Source of the DNA: Gammaproteobacteria bacterium
GTDB taxonomy: Bacteria > Pseudomonadota > Gammaproteobacteria > CBDBNL01 > JAAOII01
NCBI GenBank assembly: GCA_965209035.1
Contig: OZ242372.1
Span: 1,792,001 to 1,856,000 of the forward strand
Length of the DNA stretch: 64,000 nt
Direction of reading: 5' to 3'
The position numbers and the translations under genes are program-made. The notes below the pieces were generated by a model. That model was not told where the DNA came from. It was given only the letters and a program-made list of their open reading frames with translations, and did no database searches. This document shows positions 54,518-64,000 of the stretch, in pieces. Each line of letters opens with the position of its first letter. The first letter of the stretch is position 1.

Positions 54518-54979
54518 CTAAGAACTTGCTCTTGTTTCCAAAATAAAAGTTACCGGCCCGCTATTAACCGAAGAAACCTCCATCATAGCCCCGAACTTAC
54601 CGCAGGCTACCCTTGCCCCGCTTGCCCCGTGCTTCTTTTGTGCCAGGTTCACAAGATGGTCAAACAACGGCTCGGCTTTTGAGTGAGATGCCACATTTGA
54701 AAAATCGCCTTTATTGCCTTTGCGTGTGTTGGCCGCCAAAGTAAACTGCGGGACCAACAATAATTCTCCTTTGGTATCCTTCAATCCGTATTCCATTCGC
54801 TGTTCCTGATCCGGGAAAATACGGTAACCGAGTATGCGCTCAAGCAATCGCTCCGCCTCAACCGCCGTATCTTCTTTTTCTATCCCGATCAGGGCAAGAA
54901 CACCCTCGCCGATCTGCGCGCAAAGAGAACCGTTGATATGAACCTGTGCCTGCGAGACGCGTGTGATGACGCACTTCAT
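54518..54979 (-). CDS. dtd: D-aminoacyl-tRNA deacylase
   Basis: MKCVITRVSQAQV, RIF, PQFTL, FGAMMEV, GPVT. Confidence 0.92.
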   Translation of the reverse strand: MKCVITRVSQAQVHINGSLCAQIGEGVLALIGIEKEDTAVEAERLLERILGYRIFPDQEQRMEYGLKDTKGELLLVPQFTLAANTRKGNKGDFSNVASHSKAEPLFDHLVNLAQKKHGASGARVACGKFGAMMEVSSVNSGPVTFILETRASS

Positions 54980-54983
54980 ATGA

Positions 54984-55826
54984 TCATTTTTTGCGGGCAA
55001 AGAAACGCGCTTCCAGACCGCGCGCTCTGCCGGCAAGATCGCGAATCACCGAAAGACGAGTGTAACCGAGTGCCTGCGCGATACTGCGTACTCGCTCCGC
55101 TTGATTGTACCCGTGTTCCAAAATCACTCTGCCGTCTCGGACCAAGTAAGCAGGCGCCGATTGCAGAATCTGCCGAATGCATTCCAGCCCGTCACCTCCC
55201 CCAAATAATGCTCGGCGCGGCTCGTGTCTGAGATAGGGACGGGTAAGGTACGCATCGGCGGCAACATAGGGAGGGTTTGAGAGAATCACATGATACTTGG
55301 CGGAAGAATAGGGCGGAACGCATTCAAACAGGTCGCCGTGCAGAAACCGGACAGACGACAGTCCCAGCCTGTTTGCATTGCGTTTGGCAAGGCACAACGC
55401 CGACCTGCTAATATCCGTTGCGGTGATACGCCAGTCTTTGCGCGCCCGGGCAATACTCAACGCGAGAACGCCGCTGCCTGTGCCGATTTCCAACAACTTA
55501 CGGTGATGTCCCGTATCCTCCAACACTCGGTCAATCAGGCATTCGCTGTCGTTGCGGGGTGCCAACACATTTGTATCGCAGATATAATCATCCCGATAAA
55601 ACTGCCAACTTCCCAGAATATATGCCAGTGGTTCGCCGCGACTGCGGCGAGCGAGGGCATCTTGCAGTTTTCGGTCTTCCCCGGGTGTCAAAGTGTGTTC
55701 GCCGCGGGTGATTAACTGAGCGATGCTCATTTTGCGAATGAATGCGGTCAACAGCAAGGTTTCCCTTTTTTGTTCGGCGGGCGATAAAAAATCCGGGTTA
55801 TTTTTCAATATGTTCAATATGTTCAA
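54984..55826 (-). CDS. prmC: Release factor glutamine methyltransferase
   Basis: RRSRGEPLAYILG, EIGTGSG, SNPPY, EHGYNQ, DLAGRAR. Confidence 0.93.
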   Translation of the reverse strand: MNILNILKNNPDFLSPAEQKRETLLLTAFIRKMSIAQLITRGEHTLTPGEDRKLQDALARRSRGEPLAYILGSWQFYRDDYICDTNVLAPRNDSECLIDRVLEDTGHHRKLLEIGTGSGVLALSIARARKDWRITATDISRSALCLAKRNANRLGLSSVRFLHGDLFECVPPYSSAKYHVILSNPPYVAADAYLTRPYLRHEPRRALFGGGDGLECIRQILQSAPAYLVRDGRVILEHGYNQAERVRSIAQALGYTRLSVIRDLAGRARGLEARFFARKK

Positions 55827-55930
55827 TGTGTAAACGCCCGTTCTTTTGGCAAGATCGGGGAACGAGTTGGGTCGGGGTGCCGGCGAGACGGCCTACCGTG
55901 CCTCCCGCGCTTGGCGTCACCTGGGTGCAA

Positions 55931-56680
55931 TCAGAGTCCGTCGCTCTCCGCGGTTATTTTGTGTAACCCAATACCTTGTTGGTTCATTTTGATGTAAGAA
56001 AACGCGCCGTTGGGTTGACGGCAGCCGGCGTTTAAGATCTCCCTTTGCCGGTCCCGAACAAGAACTTGTTTGTGTTCCGCAATATGGGTATGCCCGTAAA
56101 TTAAAACATCACAATTGGTTTTGGCAAGATAACGCAGAAGCTCGTCTGCGGAAGCCCGCATGGATTCCTCGCTCTGTTCCGACTTGTGCTTCTTACTTTC
56201 CGCAAAAAACTGCTCCCCAAGTGCTATGCGTTGTTCCGGCGGAAGTTTTAAGATTTCTTTTTGAAAATCGGGATTTCTGGATTTTGCCCGCGCGGACAAA
56301 CTGCCCGGATCATTGATGCAAAAGATTTCACCGTGATCCAAGAATACTTTTTTACCGTGCAGGCTGACAATCGTTTCTTCCTTTAACAGAGAACAGCCGG
56401 TTTGTGCTGCAAACTCTTTGCCGACAAGAAAATCACGGTTCCCGTGTTGAAAGAACAATTTGCATCCCAGATCGCTCATTCTTTTGAGAGACTGAATCGT
56501 TTTTGTCCACTTAAAAAGGAAGTCGTCCCCCAACCAGGCATCAAAAAGGTCGCCAAGAATAAAGAGCCGTACCTTTTTTGATTCCAAGGAAGCACAGAAA
56601 CGGAAAAAAGGGCGGTTGACAGGATCCGCATCCTCTCGCAGATGCAGGTCCGATATAAAGTAAGCGGTTGCCCCGTTCAT
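55931..56680 (-). CDS. lpxH: UDP-2,3-diacylglucosamine hydrolase
   Basis: FISDLHL, ILGDLFDAWLGDD, HGNRDFL, GHTH. Confidence 0.88.
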   Translation of the reverse strand: MNGATAYFISDLHLREDADPVNRPFFRFCASLESKKVRLFILGDLFDAWLGDDFLFKWTKTIQSLKRMSDLGCKLFFQHGNRDFLVGKEFAAQTGCSLLKEETIVSLHGKKVFLDHGEIFCINDPGSLSARAKSRNPDFQKEILKLPPEQRIALGEQFFAESKKHKSEQSEESMRASADELLRYLAKTNCDVLIYGHTHIAEHKQVLVRDRQREILNAGCRQPNGAFSYIKMNQQGIGLHKITAESDGL

Positions 56681-56681
56681 T

Positions 56682-57398
56682 CTAGCGCATCCCGGTTCTT
56701 TCCAGTTCTTCCATAAACTGAGCGTGAAGTTTTTGTTCTTCGGCATCGGGAGGCGTCGTCTTAAACGGCCCCAAGGATGCGATATCTTGCATAGAGACGG
56801 TCGGACTACTTTTGGAGGCGCTGCTGCTTTTGTTATCCCGAATTAAATCTCCCTGACGGGTCATTAAGTGGATGTAAACATAGGCGAGAAGTTTGGCGTC
56901 AATTAAGGCACCGTGCCGTTCTTCTCGCACTTTGGTATCAATGCCGAAGCGTTCAATCAATGCATCCAGACTATTGGATTGGCCGGGAAATCGCCGCCGT
57001 GCCAACTCCAGCGTGTCCTCAATTTCGGCACACAATTTTTTGACGGGGGTGAACTCCGTCCCGTCTTTTGCTCCTCTTCTTTGCATCGCCAGGGCAAATT
57101 CGTAGTTCAAATAGTAAGTATCAAAAGGGGCATTATGAATGATTGCCTTGCTCCCGCCCAAAAAATCGCGAATCTCTTTGGCCTTATCGGCAAACAAGGG
57201 CTTGTCGCGCAAGAACTCGTTGCTGAGTTTATGCACCCGCAGCGCGCCCGCATGCACGGCCTGTTGCGGATTGAAGAAATAATGCAGTTCGTTCACCTCG
57301 TTACCGCGGTCATCAATTTCAACCAGACCGATCTCTACGATGCGATCGCCTTTTTCTTTGCCGGTCGTTTCCGTATCCAAAACAACTTTGCGCATCAT
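56682..57398 (-). CDS. dnaQ: DNA polymerase III epsilon subunit
   Basis: VLDTETTG, IHNAPFD, SLDAL, HGALIDA. Confidence 0.95.
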   Translation of the reverse strand: MMRKVVLDTETTGKEKGDRIVEIGLVEIDDRGNEVNELHYFFNPQQAVHAGALRVHKLSNEFLRDKPLFADKAKEIRDFLGGSKAIIHNAPFDTYYLNYEFALAMQRRGAKDGTEFTPVKKLCAEIEDTLELARRRFPGQSNSLDALIERFGIDTKVREERHGALIDAKLLAYVYIHLMTRQGDLIRDNKSSSASKSSPTVSMQDIASLGPFKTTPPDAEEQKLHAQFMEELERTGMR

Positions 57399-57489
57399 CT
57401 GTTAATTGTGTCGGGTTAACCCGGATTGCGGAGCATACAAGTGATGCGTGGCTCGCATGATCCGGATTCTCGGACAGAAATGGCAAGTA

Positions 57490-57918
57490 TTATTTGTAAT
57501 CTTCCAAGGCAAGGCGTGCCAGGCGATCTGCCTCCGTATTGTGCGGATGGCCGCTATGTCCTTTGACCCACCGCCAACGCACTATGCGTTTCTTGCTTGC
57601 TTCAAGCAGGGCTTCCCAAAGTTCCCGGTTTTTAACTTCTTTTTTGCCGGCGGTCTGCCAATTCCTTTTTTGCCATGCGGCAAGCCATTTGCTCATACCA
57701 AGTTGGACATATTGCGAGTCGGTAAAGACAGTCGTTTCTTGTCCTTCGTGCAAACAGCGTAACGCATTGATAACCGCCAGTAATTCCATTCGGTTGTTTG
57801 TGGTCTGTCGCTCTCCGCCGGAAATACTTCTTTGTTGACCGGCTTCTATGATGACAGCCGCCCAGCCGCCGGGACCCGGATTGCCCGAACAGGCACCGTC
57901 CGTATAAATACTAATCAT
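57490..57918 (-). CDS. rnhA: Ribonuclease HI
   Basis: YTDGACSGNPGPGGW, TTNNRMEL, DSQYV, WVKGHSGH. Confidence 0.97.
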   Translation of the reverse strand: MISIYTDGACSGNPGPGGWAAVIIEAGQQRSISGGERQTTNNRMELLAVINALRCLHEGQETTVFTDSQYVQLGMSKWLAAWQKRNWQTAGKKEVKNRELWEALLEASKKRIVRWRWVKGHSGHPHNTEADRLARLALEDYK

Positions 57919-58215
57919 GTTTTTATTATATCTTTTATTATATTAATGTTCCGACAGAGGCGGGGTGACTTTACCGCCTTTAAGGGAAGGGTATGATTCC
58001 GGCGGGAGCTCGGCGGTGTGCCAACTGCAAGACAACGCGAATTACCCGGCAGTGCGTGCCGATGCGGAAGACATCATGTATTTGTTTATAAAAAAATTAC
58101 AACAAAACGTGCCGGTGAATATGCTTTTGGTGAAACTTCAAAAATGGATTGGGTATGATCCCGGCCAAGAAAAAATTCTTCGTCACAAGAATCGCGGACC
58201 TATCGCGATCCTGTC

Positions 58216-59034
58216 TCAAAACATCTTGCGGATCATTTCCATATAAGCGGCATCGTCCGTGCTTGCCCTTGCCGATAGCATTTTCTCCGCATCCTTGCCC
58301 GAAACATATCTCAGTTGGTCGGTCCCGTCCGTCGCCGCCGTATGGATGACTTCGGCAACCTCTTCGGGTGTGCCTCTTCCTTTCGCATGCTCCGGGTTTG
58401 TCCAAAATTGTTGCATCTTCTCAACCAAAGCATCGTATTCGGCTGCCAACCCGGGCTGGTATTGGAAGTCCAAGGAGCGTGTCCCAAAATCCGTTGAAAC
58501 GCCGCCCGGTTCCACAATCTTTAACTTCACCCCAAACGGTGCCAGTTCGTAAGAGAGCGATTCCGAAAATCCTTCCACGGCAAACTTGGTCGCGTGATAC
58601 AAAGGCAACAGAGGAAAAGTGACCTTGCCGCCCATGGACGAAATATTGACAAAGACACCGCTCCTGTTTTTTCTAAAGTGCGGGAGAACTGCTTGAGTGA
58701 CATCTATGAGCCCGGTAACATTGACCGCAAACTGACGCTCGATGCTCTCTTTGGATGCGGATTCAAAAACACCGGCAACCGCATAGCCGGCATTGTTCAC
58801 CACCACATCCATCTTCCCGAACTTCTCAATCGCCAGATTAACACTCCTTCTGATAGAATCCGCATCGGTGACATCCAAGCGGAGGACAAGAACATTTTCC
58901 AAGGAATTAAGTTCGTCCTCTTTTTCGGGGTTGCGCATAGTGGCGACAACATTCCACCCCTTGTTGTGAAAGAACTTCGCCGTGGCTTTGCCAATGCCGC
59001 TGCTTGTTCCCGTAATTAATACTGTTTGTTTCAT
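58216..59034 (-). CDS. Short-chain dehydrogenase/reductase
   Basis: TGTSSGIG, NNAG, YHATK. Confidence 0.93.
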   Translation of the reverse strand: MKQTVLITGTSSGIGKATAKFFHNKGWNVVATMRNPEKEDELNSLENVLVLRLDVTDADSIRRSVNLAIEKFGKMDVVVNNAGYAVAGVFESASKESIERQFAVNVTGLIDVTQAVLPHFRKNRSGVFVNISSMGGKVTFPLLPLYHATKFAVEGFSESLSYELAPFGVKLKIVEPGGVSTDFGTRSLDFQYQPGLAAEYDALVEKMQQFWTNPEHAKGRGTPEEVAEVIHTAATDGTDQLRYVSGKDAEKMLSARASTDDAAYMEMIRKMF

Positions 59035-59263
59035 AATGCTTCTATTGTAAGACCCCGCATAAAACCTTCCAAAACTGTAAAAACCTTGTTTTTCATCTCA
59101 TCGCTAATTTTTAAATTAATGAAATGATGCCAAAATTTAAGAAAACCGGAGTTATTTGTAAGTATAATTTTACAAATGATTTCTATCGGTAAAGAAAACT
59201 TCGCTTCTTTCAGTTTCGGCTTTGGCTTTTTTATAGCCGAATGGTTGCGACTAATTTCCATTA

Positions 59264-59292
59264 CCCCCCCCCCCCCCCTCACACACAGACAC
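59264..59292. repeat. C15 homopolymer followed by a CA-rich run, intergenic
   Basis: TA-C15-TCACACACAGACAC. Confidence 0.9.
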
Positions 59293-59749
59293 TTCTTAGA
59301 AGTTCTCAATATAATCTATTAGCACAATTTTTGCCGCTCACTTTTGGCGGCTCTTTGTGTTTATCTTTTTATTCGTCTTGGTTGCGGATATCCGCAACGG
59401 ATAAAAAATTCTGTTTTTACTTTATTAGAGACAGATTTCCGCAATCACATGACTTGCCAGTTTCTAGTCTTGAAACGGGGGAGAACAAAAACAATCGGTT
59501 TATTCATTTTTTATTGTGTGCCGGGGAAACCCCGGTGCGGCGTAATTTTCTTTTGTAACTCCAACTTACTTGAAAATATCTTGTCAATAAAAAACAAAAT
59601 TAAATTTTAAGAGCATTATCCGGCGAATCGAAGTCTAAATCGAAGTCTATTAAATCTATGTCTGAAGGTCGTTACGGATATGCGGGTTACTCTATTACCC
59701 ATGCTCGCATAAATATACTATTAAAATAAAAAAATAAAAAAATAAAATT

Positions 59750-60385
59750 ATGAAAAAAATATTAATACTTGTTACAGTCTGGCTCGGTTTGAGCTTTGGC
59801 TTGATATTCAACGCCCATGCGGCCGGTCGGATCAATGTGATGCTTTCCGGCGGTCCTTTGCAGTCTTTTGAATACAAAGATAAAGAGACGGAGCCGGATA
59901 GTGAGAGCGGCTTTGGCCTTGTTTTTGATTACATCTTTCCGGGAGGGCATGCCATCGCTGTGGATTATTATAGTTTTACTGAAGTCCAAGAAATAAATGA
60001 TAGTGATGTGACCGATGAATACTCGGGGGTGTTTTTAGGCTACCGCCATCATTTCCCATTCGGGTTTTACTTGGGAGGAGGTGTTATCTTACTTGACTCT
60101 ACCAGGACCAGATCTGATTTTCCTTTATATGATGAAGACGGTAACATAATAGGTGCAGACGATTTGGTAGGCAAATTTGAACGAGCATCGCCGATTACCG
60201 TAACCTTGGGCTATCAACATGCCTTTTCTTCCGGTTTTGCATTGGGAGCCCATTTACTCAATACATTGCCAACGACCTTGAAACTTGATACGTTAAGACA
60301 CGGAGGAGAAACAAGTGACGCCGAAGGAGAATTAGAAGATTTCAGTATCCGATCCGTCGGTTTTCTAGTGGGGTATGCCTGGTAA
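59750..60385 (+). CDS. Outer-membrane beta-barrel protein
   Basis: Signal peptide ending AHA, alternating beta-strand pattern, C-terminal VGYAW. Confidence 0.75.
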   Translation: MKKILILVTVWLGLSFGLIFNAHAAGRINVMLSGGPLQSFEYKDKETEPDSESGFGLVFDYIFPGGHAIAVDYYSFTEVQEINDSDVTDEYSGVFLGYRHHFPFGFYLGGGVILLDSTRTRSDFPLYDEDGNIIGADDLVGKFERASPITVTLGYQHAFSSGFALGAHLLNTLPTTLKLDTLRHGGETSDAEGELEDFSIRSVGFLVGYAW

Positions 60386-60878
60386 AATTGGATGTTTAGC
60401 CGATTGATGAAAGCAAAACAGAAGCCCAAGTAAACCCACACATTAATTCATATTGAAGGACAGGGTACAGCAACGCCTTCTACAGGTTAGTTCAATGACA
60501 ACTGAAACAAACTGCGTTGTTTAATAACAAACGCTAAGCACAAAAAAGCAAAGTTGTAAGGGCGGCAGGGTATAAAAATTGCCGGCAAGCCCTTATAAAA
60601 TAAGGATTTAAAAGAAGTTTCCGAAGTCAAGAGCCTAAATCCCAAACCTTGTTTTTGCTTCGGCCATCGAGCGTTCACCATACGACCGACACTGATGAGA
60701 TTCTAAAACATTGTTTTCGCTTCGGTTATCCGGAGGTAAGAATATTGTTCCGAGATATTGTCGATATTTTTTCGGGTTTTTTCGATCTTTTCCCGCATAT
60801 GTTTTTCTTTGTTTTTTTAATTTCCCCCAATTTTTTCCTCTGTTTTTTTGCGGAGTCGTAAATTGGGTCATTCATTGA

Positions 60879-60907
60879 TTGGATAATTTTTGGCAAAGCC
60901 CTATAAT
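60879..60907 (+). promoter_or_regulatory. Probable sigma70 promoter for tRNA-Ala/rpmE
   Basis: TTGGAT-17 bp-TATAAT just upstream of the tRNA. Confidence 0.5.
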
Positions 60908-60919
60908 AATATTCTTGGA

Positions 60920-60992
60920 GGGGCCATAGCTCAGTTGGGAGAGCATCTGTTTTGCATACAGAAGGTCGTCGGTTCGATCCCGTCTGGCTCCA
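60920..60992 (+). tRNA. tRNA-Ala(TGC)
   Basis: GGGGCCA/TGGCTCC acceptor with G3:U70, TCTGT-TTTGCAT-ACAGA anticodon arm. Confidence 0.95.
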
Positions 60993-61061
60993 GTCATATA
61001 GGACGGACATACCATACAATGCGTTAAATACACTTGAAATATTAAAACAAGAAAAATAAAA

Positions 61062-61283
61062 ATGAAAAAAGAAGGACATCCCGCCTACCATAAGATTACA
61101 GCCACCTGTGCTTGCGGTCCCGGTAGCAAGTATGAAATTTACTCCACATTAAAAGAGGACATCAGTTTGGAAGTTTGTGCCAAATGCCATCCTTTTTATA
61201 CGGGCAAACAAAAGATTCTTGACAAAGGAGGACGGGTGGAAAAATTCCGTCAGAGATTTGGCAAGGGACTGCTGACAAAATAA
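61062..61283 (+). CDS. rpmE: 50S ribosomal protein L31 (Zn-binding type)
   Basis: [32 protein letters not shown]. Confidence 0.96.
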   Translation: MKKEGHPAYHKITATCACGPGSKYEIYSTLKEDISLEVCAKCHPFYTGKQKILDKGGRVEKFRQRFGKGLLTK

Positions 61284-61469
61284 CAACATAACAATATAAC
61301 AATATAACAACCGGATATTTTTGCATCTTTGCCGACAATCGCCGTAACAACGATTATTGGTCGTTAACGCAGGCGGTGTTTGCGGGGTATTTGGGGAGTA
61401 TTCTTGAACTGCTTTTTAGTATTGCGGCTCGTCTGCCGGGTTTGAAATAAGAACATTGGCGGCTTTCCC

Positions 61470-62222
61470 TTGCTGAAAAACATCCGACTACTCGCTTTTT
61501 GCGGTGGGATCAGTTTTATACTGTTTGCCCCGCATGCGTTTGCTGCTTGCACCGCGGCCGGGATAGATTTTTCGGCAAAAGTTCAACGGGTGATTGACGG
61601 TGATTCCATTCGTTTGGAAGGGGGCAGAGAACTGCGAATTATTGGCATCAATGCGCCGGAATATAAGATGCCTCGGGGCACTGAAGCCCGAAAGCGTTTA
61701 AGAAACCTCATAGAAAACCGTCGTGTGTACTTGCAGATAGGCGAAGCCACTGCGGACAGGTACGGCAGAACGCTTGTCCATGTGTTTGATAAGGCGGGGA
61801 ATAATTTGGCGGAGACCCTGCTAAGAGAAGGTTACGCCTTTTATGCTTTTATCTCGCCGAATGACTATAACGCCGCTTGCTATGTGGCGGCGGAAAAGAA
61901 AGCCCGGAACGACAATCGGGGTGTTTGGAAGTTGCCATTTTATCAATTTTGGGAGGCTTCCGCCTCTAACTTGGGCACCGGATTCATGCGTCTGGCGGGA
62001 GATGTGGAAAGAGTGGAGATAGGCAAATCGGGCGGTCGGATTTTCTTGCGGGACAGCCGGGTGCAACTTTTTGTTCCTCAACAGCACTTGTCCGCATTGG
62101 GCGGCGCTCAAAAACTTCTAAACGCGAAGCGAATCGGGGTCAGAGGGTGGCTGTCCTCGCGCAACAAAGAAGTTTATTCTATGTTGATAGGGCATCCTTT
62201 AATGGTAGAATATATTTTGTAG
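61470..62222 (+). CDS. Secreted thermonuclease (SNase-like)
   Basis: Signal peptide, VIDGDS, RIIGINAPE, DRYGRTL, AE..AR...RGVW. Confidence 0.88.
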   Translation: MLKNIRLLAFCGGISFILFAPHAFAACTAAGIDFSAKVQRVIDGDSIRLEGGRELRIIGINAPEYKMPRGTEARKRLRNLIENRRVYLQIGEATADRYGRTLVHVFDKAGNNLAETLLREGYAFYAFISPNDYNAACYVAAEKKARNDNRGVWKLPFYQFWEASASNLGTGFMRLAGDVERVEIGKSGGRIFLRDSRVQLFVPQQHLSALGGAQKLLNAKRIGVRGWLSSRNKEVYSMLIGHPLMVEYIL

Positions 62223-62349
62223 GAGGCGGATGGAGCGGTCCCGGGAGGCCCGTTCTTAGGTTCTGTTTGACTTGATTGGAACCGGGCTGAATCGGGCTGA
62301 ATCGAGGTTGGATCAGCCAAAGAGAACCGGAAAGAATTTTATTTATTAA

Positions 62350-63852
<1,503 letters not shown>

Positions 63853-63895
63853 AACAATAAAAGATTATTGAGGGAGTAAGGAAGAAGAAAGAATA

Positions 63896-64000
63896 ATGTA
63901 TCGCTATAACGATTTTGACAAACAAATGGTTACCGAAAGAGTGGAGCAATTTCGTTTGCAGACCAAGCGTTACCTGGAGGGGAAACTGACCGACGATGAG
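63896..64000 (+). CDS. Nitrite/sulfite reductase hemoprotein, N-terminus (partial)
   Basis: MYRYNDFDKQMVTERVEQFRLQTKRYLEGKLTDDE matches the typical start of proteobacterial CysI-like nitrite/sulfite reductases. Confidence 0.75.
   Translation, partial: MYRYNDFDKQMVTERVEQFRLQTKRYLEGKLTDDE

Noticed and set aside
54984-55826. Additional DNA methyltransferase (NPPY motif)
   Set aside because: The surrounding motifs (GEPLAYILG, EHGYNQ) identify PrmC/HemK, a protein methyltransferase.
57965-58246. 93-aa ORF between rnhA and the SDR
   Set aside because: No recognisable motif, a weak GTG start and overlap with the convergent SDR end. It cannot be supported.

Overview
Chromosomal segment of a proteobacterium, probably gamma- or betaproteobacterial judging by the housekeeping proteins. 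It runs from the 3' end of ftsZ to the 5' end of a sulfite/nitrite reductase gene. Core genes include leuA, rsmI, aroC, atpD, nth, rsxE, secG, glyQS, rnr, rlmB, dtd, prmC, lpxH, dnaQ, rnhA, rpmE, gltD and six tRNAs. Many of them sit apart from their usual operon partners. Five AT-rich restriction-modification or methyltransferase loci interrupt the backbone, about 14 kb in total: a single-chain BcgI-like R-M-S, an orphan m6A MTase, a two-MTase/one-REase type II system, a BcgI-like pair whose S subunit is fused to DUF4145/HEPN, and a Type ISP-like gene frameshifted at a C25(AC)5 tract. Two of these loci follow IS1595 transposase remnants. Also present are a phage-free holin-amidase-holin cassette and a 1,5-anhydrofructose-reductase sugar-catabolic cluster. 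Most notable non-annotated signals: (1) a four-copy, strand-specific bulged-hairpin repeat next to three of the R-M loci; (2) two cargo genes bracketed by long direct duplications of host gene segments, one of which differs from the intact gene only at synonymous sites and is translationally coupled to the cargo; (3) a 4x40-bp palindromic-unit array next to a DnaA box. All calls come from motif recognition by eye; no searches were run.
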